DNA of 64,000 bases, from positions 154,811 through 218,810 of IMG/VR virus record IMGVR_UViG_3300021387_000529; one strand, 5' to 3'. This DNA is from a virus. Its lineage: Duplodnaviria; Heunggongvirae; Uroviricota; Caudoviricetes. The notes under the pieces were generated by a model, which did no database searches, was not told the DNA's origin, and saw only the letters and a program-made list of their open reading frames with translations. The translations under genes were made by a program, and so were the position numbers. Below, one piece after another: positions 46,350 to 55,224 of this stretch (within the stretch, counting starts at the first letter, position 1; each line of letters opens with the position of its first letter).

Positions 46350-46377
46350 CAACTTCAAAAACTAAACGGAGGTTACC

Positions 46378-47973
46378 ATGATAGCTCAGACAGTATACGA
46401 CATTTGCGAACTTTCAAAAGCAACAAAAGTTCCATTCCTTATGATTTCAAATCCAGGTGGAGGAAAAACCACAGGAGTTGTACGCTTCGCTGAGAAGAAT
46501 GGTTACCACCTTGAAGTTGTAATCGGAAGCCGCTCAACACCTGAAGAACTTCTTGGTTATCAGGTAAATAATGGCGGTTCATCACTTGAACACCTCGACT
46601 CACAGTGGTGGTCACGAATCATTGAGTACGACAAGAAGGGTATTCCTTCAATTCTCTTCTGCGACGAAATCTCAACATGTCCAGGCCAGACTGAAGGTGC
46701 TATGCTTTCCCTCATTCAGGACAGAAAAAACCAGAAAGGTGAGTCACTTCCTGAAAGCTGCATCGTTCTTGGAGCTGCCAACTACAGCAAAAACCTTCCA
46801 TCTTACATGGACATCATCGCTCCTGCAATCAACCGTTTCTGTGTAGTGAACATCATGGACGGAATGAATGGTCTTGACCTTGTAAGTGAGCTCTTCCATC
46901 CAGAACAGAATGAAGCCAAAGAACGTGTTCACACACCATTCACTCGTGCTGAAAATGATGAATATAACAAAACTATGGAGCAGTTCTTCAGCAACATCTT
47001 CATTGAATACAGTGACCGTAAATCTTCAAAAGGTTTCATCGACATCAACAACCCTGATATTGCTGGTATGTATCAAGATGCTGACAGAGCACTTTACAAT
47101 GTAATCACTCTCCGCTCTATGAATAACCTTACGCGACTTCTTAAGTTCGGTCTTGAATATGGAATGAATGAGCGTGGTTTTCTTCAGAAAATTGCTGACG
47201 GTTTGATTGGTGCTGGAAGCAACAGCTTTACAGATACAAAACAAGCCGAAGCTTATCGCAATCAGCTCCATGCTTCAATCACTTCTATTGCTCAGAAGTT
47301 CTTGAAGACAGCTAAAGCAACTGTGAGCAAAGCTAAAGAGTTCAACTACGGAGAGAAAAACCTCGCAAACATCGTTTCAAACATGAACATGACTGCTCAG
47401 GAGGTTGGAAGCTTCGTAAAAACTGATGAAGATGACAAACAGGTTGAGACACTGATTGATGCAATCAAAGATAACTACGGTGACTATGGTAAGACTGTTA
47501 TCGAGATGAACGGTAACAAAACAAAAATTGCTGCTTTCTTGAGTGACTATGAAGCTGTTGGTGAGTTCTTTGATGAAAATGAAGATAAACTTGAGAGTGA
47601 GAATGCTCACGACATCGTAAAGTTCCTTCAGAAGTTCTCTCCATACTATGCACAGCTTGCTAAAGGAAAGGTTCTTACAGATGTGAACAAAATGCGCATC
47701 TTCAAAAATTATAAGAGCTCACTTTACTACTGCTCACTGGTTGCTGTAACTGAAAATAAAGTTCCGGAGAGCTACTCTCCGGATATGGTAAAAACTGGTA
47801 AAGTCATCGAGGTTGGTATTCGCCGCATCGCTGAAAAAACACCTTTCAAAATCAACTACAACTCTTCAGTAAGTGCAAATACCCTGGGAGTTCCAACACC
47901 TGAATGCTTCCCTCTCATCTTCGAGAACGGTAAGCTGGTTGCGGTAAATTACCTCGACCTTCAGAATGCATAA
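46378..47973 (+). CDS. MoxR-family AAA+ ATPase
   Basis: SNPGGGKT, ILFCDEISTC, GAANY, APAINRF, TLRSMNNL. Confidence 0.85.
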   Translation: MIAQTVYDICELSKATKVPFLMISNPGGGKTTGVVRFAEKNGYHLEVVIGSRSTPEELLGYQVNNGGSSLEHLDSQWWSRIIEYDKKGIPSILFCDEISTCPGQTEGAMLSLIQDRKNQKGESLPESCIVLGAANYSKNLPSYMDIIAPAINRFCVVNIMDGMNGLDLVSELFHPEQNEAKERVHTPFTRAENDEYNKTMEQFFSNIFIEYSDRKSSKGFIDINNPDIAGMYQDADRALYNVITLRSMNNLTRLLKFGLEYGMNERGFLQKIADGLIGAGSNSFTDTKQAEAYRNQLHASITSIAQKFLKTAKATVSKAKEFNYGEKNLANIVSNMNMTAQEVGSFVKTDEDDKQVETLIDAIKDNYGDYGKTVIEMNGNKTKIAAFLSDYEAVGEFFDENEDKLESENAHDIVKFLQKFSPYYAQLAKGKVLTDVNKMRIFKNYKSSLYYCSLVAVTENKVPESYSPDMVKTGKVIEVGIRRIAEKTPFKINYNSSVSANTLGVPTPECFPLIFENGKLVAVNYLDLQNA

Positions 47974-47975
47974 AA

Positions 47976-48040
47976 AATCCTCTTGTTAAGAGGTTGATTT
48001 ACAACTCGAACCTCCAACTCGAAAGAGCTTGGAGGTTCGT
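47976..48040. terminator. Two tandem hairpins between convergent genes
   Basis: CCTCTT-gtt-AAGAGG and GAACCTCCAA-CTC-gaaa-GAG-c-TTGGAGGTTC. Confidence 0.7.
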
Positions 48041-48046
48041 TTCATT

Positions 48047-48490
48047 TTAAAATACGATACGTGGTTTTCCAGTATTTTTGTTGTAAGCTGTAGCTTTATG
48101 CTTATTATGTGATTGTGAAACATCTTCACTGATTGCAAGGTCGAGAGGTGAGCGAACTCCAGCTGGTGTTGGGTCGAAAGCTTTTCCACCAAAAATAGTA
48201 TCTTGCGTAGTGACAGTCTCATCTTCGACTTTAAATGTAACTTTACATTTTGGAATAAAGATTGCGTATAATGTAATGTCACTTGTGATTACTTCTTTCT
48301 CAAAGTTGAAAGGTGGGCAATCATTATCAATTTCGTATTCGTTATTATTTTTGTCACGAACGCGAGTAACTGAACCTGGTTTATTAAGAGACCAGTGTGA
48401 AAATACATATCCTTCTTTAGTTGGAGTTGGAATTTCTCCAGGTTTGAGAGTAATCTCTTCAGCAACTGCTTCTTTTGAATTATCTGCCAT
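48047..48490 (-). CDS. InlB B-repeat (Listeria-Bacteroides repeat)-containing small protein
   Basis: PTPTKEGYVFSHW..FNFEKEVITSDITLYAIF..KVTFKVE. AACTAATT motif upstream. Confidence 0.75.
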   Translation of the reverse strand: MADNSKEAVAEEITLKPGEIPTPTKEGYVFSHWSLNKPGSVTRVRDKNNNEYEIDNDCPPFNFEKEVITSDITLYAIFIPKCKVTFKVEDETVTTQDTIFGGKAFDPTPAGVRSPLDLAISEDVSQSHNKHKATAYNKNTGKPRIVF

Positions 48491-48504
48491 AATATAAAAT
48501 TAGT

Positions 48505-48545
48505 TTGAACTTCTACTAAGATTTCCATATATTATATTTGTAAAT
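48505..48545 (+). promoter_or_regulatory. Early promoter (copy 3)
   Basis: TTGAAC-N17-TATATT within CATATATTATATTTGTAAAT. Confidence 0.8.
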
Positions 48546-48548
48546 CTC

Positions 48549-50048
48549 ATGGAGGTAAAGATGCTTTCACGATACAAAGAAGTTAAGGACCAGATGAGCA
48601 AATACGTGCACATCGTGACAGAAGACCCTGAACTCATAAATCCAGCTCCTGCATTTTGTCTTGTCCGTGATGCTTTTGTTGGTGAAATCTATAAACTCTT
48701 CGTAAACAGCTCAAACAAAGAGCTTGAAGAGTTCCTCTACATGCATGAATGTGGGCATATCATTTTCAATCATGTTGATAATGCTGAGAAAAAAGCTCTT
48801 GGTGTTTCATCTCGTATCCGTGCTCGTTTCAATGAATACAAAGATTGGTTCGATAATGAAGACTCATTCTTCGACTACTTCAAGAATTACATTTTCAATG
48901 TTGTTGAAGACTTCGAGGTAAACTCTAAACTTTTCACAAAGGTCGAGTTTGATGCTTCTTGTATGCTTGGTGAGCATGTTTTCAAACAGCCAGGCTGGAG
49001 AGGTATGTGGCCAGAAGACTACAACTTCCCAGTTGGAAAAACTTGGCGTGAATATCTCACATATATCCTTGATGACCTCGAACCTTTCCTCAAGAAAATG
49101 AAAGAAAATCAGGAAGGCCAGAGTGATAAAGAGGATAAAAATCCTCAGAAAGGTAAAGGTAAAAATCCTAGTCAGAAACCACAGAATGGTGGACAGCCTA
49201 ATCCTGGAAAAAATGGAAACGGTAACGGTGCTGAAGCTGCTCAGAAAGGAAAGTCTGGTGGAGCAGCTAAAAAAGACGTGAAAGAGCGTAAGCATAACGG
49301 AGGTTTTTCAAAAGAACAGCTCGAAAAAATGAAGAGAGATGTTGACTCACGCAAAACATCTGAACTCGAGAAGAAAGCCAATGAGATTGAGAAAAAAGCT
49401 CAGGACGGACTTGCTTCTCAGGATGCTGGTGATGAGCATGAAGCTAAAGATGCTCAGGCAACAAAAACTCTCACATTTGATGAGTTGAAAGAAATCCTCT
49501 TAAAAGAGGTTTTCAATAAAAAGAATGTTCAGACACGTCGTGACCAGATGTACAATGTAAACCGAAGAAAACTTGGTTCAAACAATATCATCATTCCACG
49601 TGATACTATGAGAACTGAATACAGAGCTGATGACTTCTATGTAATCCTCGATGTTTCAAATTCTGTAAGCAAAGAAATCATCGACAACACAATCTTGATG
49701 TTTGGTGACTTGTCTTCAAACTTCGGAAAAAACTCACGCCTCATTTTGTGGGACACTTCACTTTGTGCAGACAGAAAGTTCAAAGACTATAAAGATGGAG
49801 TTGTAACATATGGTGATGGAACATACATCGCGTCTGGAATTGAATATGTAGCTAAAAACTACTTGAAAGGAAAGAGAAACAAGCTCTTTGTAATAAGTGA
49901 CTTTTATGACACACTTATAGATTGGAAACGTGTGATTAAAGAGAATAAAATAACAGATATTTACGGAGTATGTTGGAGCCCTGAAGCTATTCAAAATAAT
50001 AAGTTTATTGAAAAGAGCTTCAAGAAAATCTACAACCTCGGTATCTGA
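48549..50048 (+). CDS. Zincin-like metallopeptidase + vWA domain protein (DUF2201-type MoxR partner)
   Basis: HECGH (HExxH), a G/K/Q/N-rich linker, MIDAS DVSNS, GDGT and ISDFY. Confidence 0.8.
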   Translation: MEVKMLSRYKEVKDQMSKYVHIVTEDPELINPAPAFCLVRDAFVGEIYKLFVNSSNKELEEFLYMHECGHIIFNHVDNAEKKALGVSSRIRARFNEYKDWFDNEDSFFDYFKNYIFNVVEDFEVNSKLFTKVEFDASCMLGEHVFKQPGWRGMWPEDYNFPVGKTWREYLTYILDDLEPFLKKMKENQEGQSDKEDKNPQKGKGKNPSQKPQNGGQPNPGKNGNGNGAEAAQKGKSGGAAKKDVKERKHNGGFSKEQLEKMKRDVDSRKTSELEKKANEIEKKAQDGLASQDAGDEHEAKDAQATKTLTFDELKEILLKEVFNKKNVQTRRDQMYNVNRRKLGSNNIIIPRDTMRTEYRADDFYVILDVSNSVSKEIIDNTILMFGDLSSNFGKNSRLILWDTSLCADRKFKDYKDGVVTYGDGTYIASGIEYVAKNYLKGKRNKLFVISDFYDTLIDWKRVIKENKITDIYGVCWSPEAIQNNKFIEKSFKKIYNLGI

Positions 50049-50986
50049 TCAGCTGGTTCGAGCTCAGGAGACTGCAATGATTGAATAAATCGTTGCAGTT
50101 TTTTATTTTTAAAACCTTCAACTTCTCTGAATGAGAACATCTTCATCATAATGCTTTGTTTCATTAAAACAACTTGAGGATTTTTTTCTTTTCTAAGTTC
50201 TTTATACAACTTGTGAGCCAACATCTCAGGAGTGGTCATATCATTATAATATGAAATTATGTAACCTTCACGAAGTATACATGTTGATGTAATAGCAACC
50301 ATCACTAAAAGCAAAGAAACATCCAAAACACGACTTCCATGCGAGTATGGATAAACTAAATATGCATTTATTATTGCAGGAACAATTAAATACCATGTGT
50401 TTCTTTTTGCTTTATAAGGTTTATCTTCCATATAGTCTACAAATAAAGCTAATATGATAAAAATAAATGGTGGTACAGTGCAAATGCCATATGAAAGAGG
50501 CGTAAATTCTCCATTCATAGAGCGTGCCAAAAATGACACAATTTGAGAATATTTTTCAAAAGGTGAAAGTTTTAATAAGAATACATATGTTGTATCTGTT
50601 GTCATCGCAAAGAAAAATGTTGTTGCCCAAAATAATGTCAAGCAGCTCAAGAATAAAATCGTGCGTGTCATACGAGATAGACGAATTGCAGCTTTTCCAG
50701 TAAACTTTGTTTGGGAATATAAAAAACAATTTACAAATACAAAGACTTTGAATGATATTATGCAGAAGTCATTTGCGCATCCGAATATCATGTATAAGAC
50801 TGACTCGACTAATACAACTGCAACATATGCCAAAGATTGAAGTATGAACACAGTTCTAATATCGCCTTCTTTTATGTAATAAATTGTATTTTTTATAATT
50901 GAATACAATACACATGCTATAAGTGGCAATCCTACGAGAAATTCTATAATTTCAAATGTTCTATCTAAAAATAAAAAACTAGTCAT
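50030..50986 (-). CDS. Polytopic membrane protein (~7 TM plus soluble C-terminal tail)
   Basis: Seven hydrophobic stretches read by eye, followed by a ~75-aa charged tail. Confidence 0.65.
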   Translation of the reverse strand: MTSFLFLDRTFEIIEFLVGLPLIACVLYSIIKNTIYYIKEGDIRTVFILQSLAYVAVVLVESVLYMIFGCANDFCIISFKVFVFVNCFLYSQTKFTGKAAIRLSRMTRTILFLSCLTLFWATTFFFAMTTDTTYVFLLKLSPFEKYSQIVSFLARSMNGEFTPLSYGICTVPPFIFIILALFVDYMEDKPYKAKRNTWYLIVPAIINAYLVYPYSHGSRVLDVSLLLVMVAITSTCILREGYIISYYNDMTTPEMLAHKLYKELRKEKNPQVVLMKQSIMMKMFSFREVEGFKNKKLQRFIQSLQSPELEPADQIPRL

Positions 50987-51689
50987 TCAAAAATCTCCCT
51001 TTCTCTTTAAAAACATTTGTCATAGTTAAAATGATACAAACTGTTATTGCAAACTCATATGTTAGGAAAAATATAGGAAAGAGCCCAACAACATAGTATG
51101 ACATCAAGAAAAGTCCCAACGATATTTGTAAAATGAACTTTGTCCAAAGCACTGTTTTCTTATATGGCAAACATTTCATCGAAAAAATATTAAGTGCTAA
51201 AGCGCTCACAAACTCAAATATGAATGTGATATTCTTAAGACTGTAAATGAGGCTATATAAGTTGTAAGACTGTAATGAATAATTTGGTCCCATTCTATTT
51301 ACAAAAATGTCCATTACGATAAACATCGTTACAAGTCCAAAAACAAGGTGAGAAACCAATATAAAAAGTCTCATTGCTTTTTCAGTGTGATTTGTGCCAT
51401 ATTTTGTCGTAAAAAGCATAAAGTACATGAATGAAATATACACGAGCCAATGAAGTACACCATAATATTCTGGTCTCATTTTAATAATACCTAAACATGT
51501 GAGAAGATTGTATGCTTGAATGGTAACGAAACATATCAATGACTGTGAAAGCCACTCAAGCTGGTATGGCATTTTATTCGAACGAATAATAAAGATGACA
51601 CGTGGAATAAAGAATAAGCTGGAAAACAACTCGATGAATGAGGCGACTATAAATATGAGCTTAACATTATTTGTCAGTTCCATTACCAT
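50979..51689 (-). CDS. Polytopic membrane protein (~7 TM)
   Basis: Seven hydrophobic stretches. RBS ggagg; overlaps both neighbours. Confidence 0.65.
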   Translation of the reverse strand: MVMELTNNVKLIFIVASFIELFSSLFFIPRVIFIIRSNKMPYQLEWLSQSLICFVTIQAYNLLTCLGIIKMRPEYYGVLHWLVYISFMYFMLFTTKYGTNHTEKAMRLFILVSHLVFGLVTMFIVMDIFVNRMGPNYSLQSYNLYSLIYSLKNITFIFEFVSALALNIFSMKCLPYKKTVLWTKFILQISLGLFLMSYYVVGLFPIFFLTYEFAITVCIILTMTNVFKEKGRFLND

Positions 51690-52452
51690 TTGCTTCGTCT
51701 CCTCCTTGAATATTAAACTTTAACTTATTATTCAAGTCTTCATTTCTAGATTCAACCAATTTTTCGATTTCGTCACGTTCTTCTTTTGCGTATGTTGAGA
51801 AATTTCTAAATGCATCACGTAATGATTGCGCAATATATTTTGGTGAGTCGTCATAAATTGTTCTCAAACTTGCTTGGTCTTTAATTAAACGATATTTAAT
51901 CAATCTTCCTTTTAACTCAAAAACGATTTTCTGGATTGAGTGCTCAATTAAGTTTTCAATTTGTGCTTGTGTAAGGTTATCATCATAAAAGTCTTTCAAC
52001 ACATCAAGAATAACATCGTTGACATCTCTTTCAAGATATAACTCGAGTATGCCAACATCAGAATTGTCATATGCAGGCATCTTTGTCTTCTTTTCAACGA
52101 TATTTGAATATTCAATTAAAATATTATTTACAAGCGAAGAAATACAACTTTTTCCAGAACGGTTAATTTTTTCAGTATATTCATTATGTATTTCTTTAGA
52201 CTTATATTCAAATATTGAATAAGCATCTTTTATAAGAGAAACTAGGTTATTTATGTCGAGTTGGTTAAGCTTACCACTGTCTATGTTTTTATTAGCTCTT
52301 TTAACACTGAAAGGCTTGAGAGTAATCTGCAAATTAAAAGCAACTACTATTAAAAGAACAACAATAAGGCCGCTTACCAATATCAATAGCGCAATAAGGC
52401 CGCCTGAAGTTTGAACTCCATCAATTGCTTTGCCTAATACTCCTTCTGACAA
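51667..52452 (-). CDS. Single-TM membrane protein, holin-like (TTG start)
   Basis: One N-terminal TM (GLIALLILVSGLIVVLLIVVAF) followed by a helical soluble domain. RBS ggagg. Confidence 0.45.
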   Translation of the reverse strand: MSEGVLGKAIDGVQTSGGLIALLILVSGLIVVLLIVVAFNLQITLKPFSVKRANKNIDSGKLNQLDINNLVSLIKDAYSIFEYKSKEIHNEYTEKINRSGKSCISSLVNNILIEYSNIVEKKTKMPAYDNSDVGILELYLERDVNDVILDVLKDFYDDNLTQAQIENLIEHSIQKIVFELKGRLIKYRLIKDQASLRTIYDDSPKYIAQSLRDAFRNFSTYAKEERDEIEKLVESRNEDLNNKLKFNIQGGDEANGNGTDK

Positions 52453-52535
52453 TTTGTAAAGCCTCCTTCTATAAATTAAACTGGTTATTAATCTAGTTTA
52501 TGGAATATTAAAACTTTGGAAACTAAATAAACATT

Positions 52536-53018
52536 ATGGTGTTAAATGAGAGTGTTTTATTAGAAAAGTTGAAAAATTGGAAAGCTGCAATTGAGTTTCG
52601 AAATAATGAAATTGCACATTTAAACCAGGTGTTAGCTCAAAAAGAAGAAGAAATACGAAAGCTTAAAAGTGGAGTATCACAAGTATCTATTCCACAAAGG
52701 CAAGAAGTATTCTCAGATGAAAAAATCGCTTCACATCCAAAGAATTTTGTATTCGCACGTTCTACGAAAGAAACAGCAGATAAATTCGAAAAATTTATTA
52801 GAAAATGTGTTTCACATGAATCTGGAAAAGCATTTATAGTTATGCCAGAAACTGCAGCTATCTATGCAGACATTTCAGTAAAAACTAAAGACAATTTTAT
52901 GAGAATTCTTCAGAATATGTCTTTAAACAATAAAAAATTGGTTATAAAATCAGAAGGCAGATATTTTGCAAATTTCACTGCAGATGAAATATGTGCCTAT
53001 CTTTTAAAGGAGATTTAA
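52536..53018 (+). CDS. Hypothetical protein with N-terminal coiled coil
   Basis: 160 aa. AACTAAAT motif 7 nt before the ATG. Confidence 0.55.
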   Translation: MVLNESVLLEKLKNWKAAIEFRNNEIAHLNQVLAQKEEEIRKLKSGVSQVSIPQRQEVFSDEKIASHPKNFVFARSTKETADKFEKFIRKCVSHESGKAFIVMPETAAIYADISVKTKDNFMRILQNMSLNNKKLVIKSEGRYFANFTADEICAYLLKEI

Positions 53019-53019
53019 T

Positions 53020-53199
53020 ATGAAATTTATGGTGTCTGAAAATGGAAAGTCTTTTGTTATTTTGGAATTGAAAGAGGCCATAGAAAAATATGGAATCTCT
53101 ACAGATGATATGATGACCGCGCTTGAAACTGGTGCTGAAATTAAGTCTCCATTGACAGGCTCATCAATTGTTGTCGATGAGCCATTTGATGAAGATTAA
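53020..53199 (+). CDS. Small acidic protein (59 aa, below the ORF-track cutoff)
   Basis: RBS aaggag then MKFMVSENGKSFVILELKEAIEKYGISTDDMMTALETGAEIKSPLTGSSIVVDEPFDED*. Confidence 0.65.
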   Translation: MKFMVSENGKSFVILELKEAIEKYGISTDDMMTALETGAEIKSPLTGSSIVVDEPFDED

Positions 53200-55172
53200 A
53201 ATTCTTCGTCTGTTCGAACACGAAGTTTCATAAATTGAGAAACACTTTGCCATGTTCCAGCAGCTGACATAAAGACCGACTGTGATGAAACTTCATCTTG
53301 GTTACCACCAAATTTTTCAGAAGTAATTGGTTCCAATGATGCTGTTCCTTTATATGAAGTATCAATTGTACCATCATTTTTGAAGTCTTTATGAAGCTGT
53401 GAAATAGTTCCAGCATTTTCAGCATAAGTATCTTTTCGAAGTATTTTTCCAACTGAACCAACACGAGTAAAATATAAACTTGCGTATTTTATAACATAAG
53501 CAATGTTGAATTGTAAACCACGAATAAGTGACTCCAACTCACGGAGTGAGTATGCTTTTTCAGAAGGCGTAATTTTTTCAAGTCCATTTATAATATTTAA
53601 AAGATTGTCAAAGTTTTCAAGTGTTTCTTCATCCAAAGATAGGTCAGTAGATAATAAAACTTTAAGTTCATCAATGACATTATAATAAATTTTTGTTGGG
53701 TCACTTACAAAACTTTCAACTGAAAATGTGAGTGGATTTCCATCTTTATTATACTTAATTTTTAATGGGTCTCCAATCTTTTTTCCAAATTTATATTTTC
53801 GAGCATTTACAGGACGTGTATCTACTTCAGTTGATAAATTACCTTCAGCATATGGATAGCCAATTTCATTAGAAGAATGAACATCAGCATCAGACTTACG
53901 GCCAAACTCAATCCTTTTAATTGCTTCCCAAATTTCATCAATTGTAGTTGAGAAAATACGACCATCAATAAGAAGATTGCCATCTTTTGGAACAATAATA
54001 GGTGGGTCAATATAGTCGCTTTTTTGATTACGAGAGTGTGGGTCATAATACACAGGTGGTTTTGAGTCATTAAAAGCTGCAGACGTAAATGGTTTTTCGC
54101 CTTCAGAAATTTCAAAAGTCTCAGTTTGTAAAGAGCCTAATTTGTCTTTGTTCTGTTCATCAAAAAGAAACTCCATTGTGTCTGTTTCAATTGTATCTGC
54201 TATTCCATCGACCAAAGGCGTAGTGACTGGAATATATGGACGAGTTGTTTTTGATGTATCTTTATTATCATCTGAGTATTTATCAAATCTATTAAAATCT
54301 GCTGTTCCAGACAAAATTAAATTTCTATGAACAACATCTGAGTCTGGAGCCAAACTTTGGTTAAAGTCTTTATAGTCAATAATATCAGCATAGAATGCAC
54401 ACAAGATGCTAACATAACAATTTTTAAGCATATATAAGATGAGTGAATCTTCAATCTTAGCTTCTTTTAATTGCTTCTCGATAAAATCACGGACATCAAA
54501 TGTTGAATTTTGAATATTATAGAAGTTAACAAAAATACTGTTAAACAAATTAGAATTAAAGTCTATAAATACGCCATTAAATGCTAATAAATTAGAATAT
54601 TCTTTAAGATATTTTGTTTCAAATACAGTATCTTTATTTGACAAATAAACGTTTTCTTCTTTTGAAACATCGCTAGTATATCCAATAGCTGAATAAATGT
54701 TATTAGTTTCTTTCAAAAAAGAGTCAGTGTCAACATACTGCATAAAAGTATCTTTATCAAAAATTTTTATGCCTGGAGAGTAGCTTTTTCCAAATGAAGA
54801 TTGGTAATTATAATAAAAGTCACCGTTCTCAATCGCACCAATTTTTAATGTATCAATTACATTTTTAAACTCTGCTACTGAATAATCACTTAAAAATTTT
54901 TGAAAGTTTTTTTCATGTAAAAACAATGGTTTTGCTCGAAGGTCTACTTCAGGAATAGCAATTTTTACAGCAGTTTTTGGGTCTTTTTTGTCATCATCAT
55001 AATCATATGCAATGACAGTGTGGCTCAAGCTCAAACCTTCAGTAGAGTCTCGAATATAAATTTTATTATTTTTTTCAAAAAAAGCCAAATCAAAGAGAGA
55101 TACGTTTTCGCTATGATATTGAAATTCTGTAACAGATAGTCCCTGTTTCCACTCAGTTGATATGCGTGACAT
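53196..55172 (-). CDS. Hypothetical late/virion protein
   Basis: 658 aa, RBS ggag and AACTAATT motif upstream. C-terminal FMSAAGTW resembles tail-fibre termini. Confidence 0.55.
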   Translation of the reverse strand: MSRISTEWKQGLSVTEFQYHSENVSLFDLAFFEKNNKIYIRDSTEGLSLSHTVIAYDYDDDKKDPKTAVKIAIPEVDLRAKPLFLHEKNFQKFLSDYSVAEFKNVIDTLKIGAIENGDFYYNYQSSFGKSYSPGIKIFDKDTFMQYVDTDSFLKETNNIYSAIGYTSDVSKEENVYLSNKDTVFETKYLKEYSNLLAFNGVFIDFNSNLFNSIFVNFYNIQNSTFDVRDFIEKQLKEAKIEDSLILYMLKNCYVSILCAFYADIIDYKDFNQSLAPDSDVVHRNLILSGTADFNRFDKYSDDNKDTSKTTRPYIPVTTPLVDGIADTIETDTMEFLFDEQNKDKLGSLQTETFEISEGEKPFTSAAFNDSKPPVYYDPHSRNQKSDYIDPPIIVPKDGNLLIDGRIFSTTIDEIWEAIKRIEFGRKSDADVHSSNEIGYPYAEGNLSTEVDTRPVNARKYKFGKKIGDPLKIKYNKDGNPLTFSVESFVSDPTKIYYNVIDELKVLLSTDLSLDEETLENFDNLLNIINGLEKITPSEKAYSLRELESLIRGLQFNIAYVIKYASLYFTRVGSVGKILRKDTYAENAGTISQLHKDFKNDGTIDTSYKGTASLEPITSEKFGGNQDEVSSQSVFMSAAGTWQSVSQFMKLRVRTDEEF

Positions 55173-55224
55173 TAAGTTTCTCCTTGTAAATCTATAAAAA
55201 ATTAGTTAATATAATACTATTATT

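Noticed and set aside
50045-50075. tRNA-like GGTTCGAG T-loop sequence
   Set aside because: The flanking arms do not pair, no cloverleaf can be built, and it lies in the overlap of two coding 3' ends.
50030-51689. Microbial rhodopsins
   Set aside because: No retinal-binding Lys (DxxxK) in the last predicted helix of either protein.
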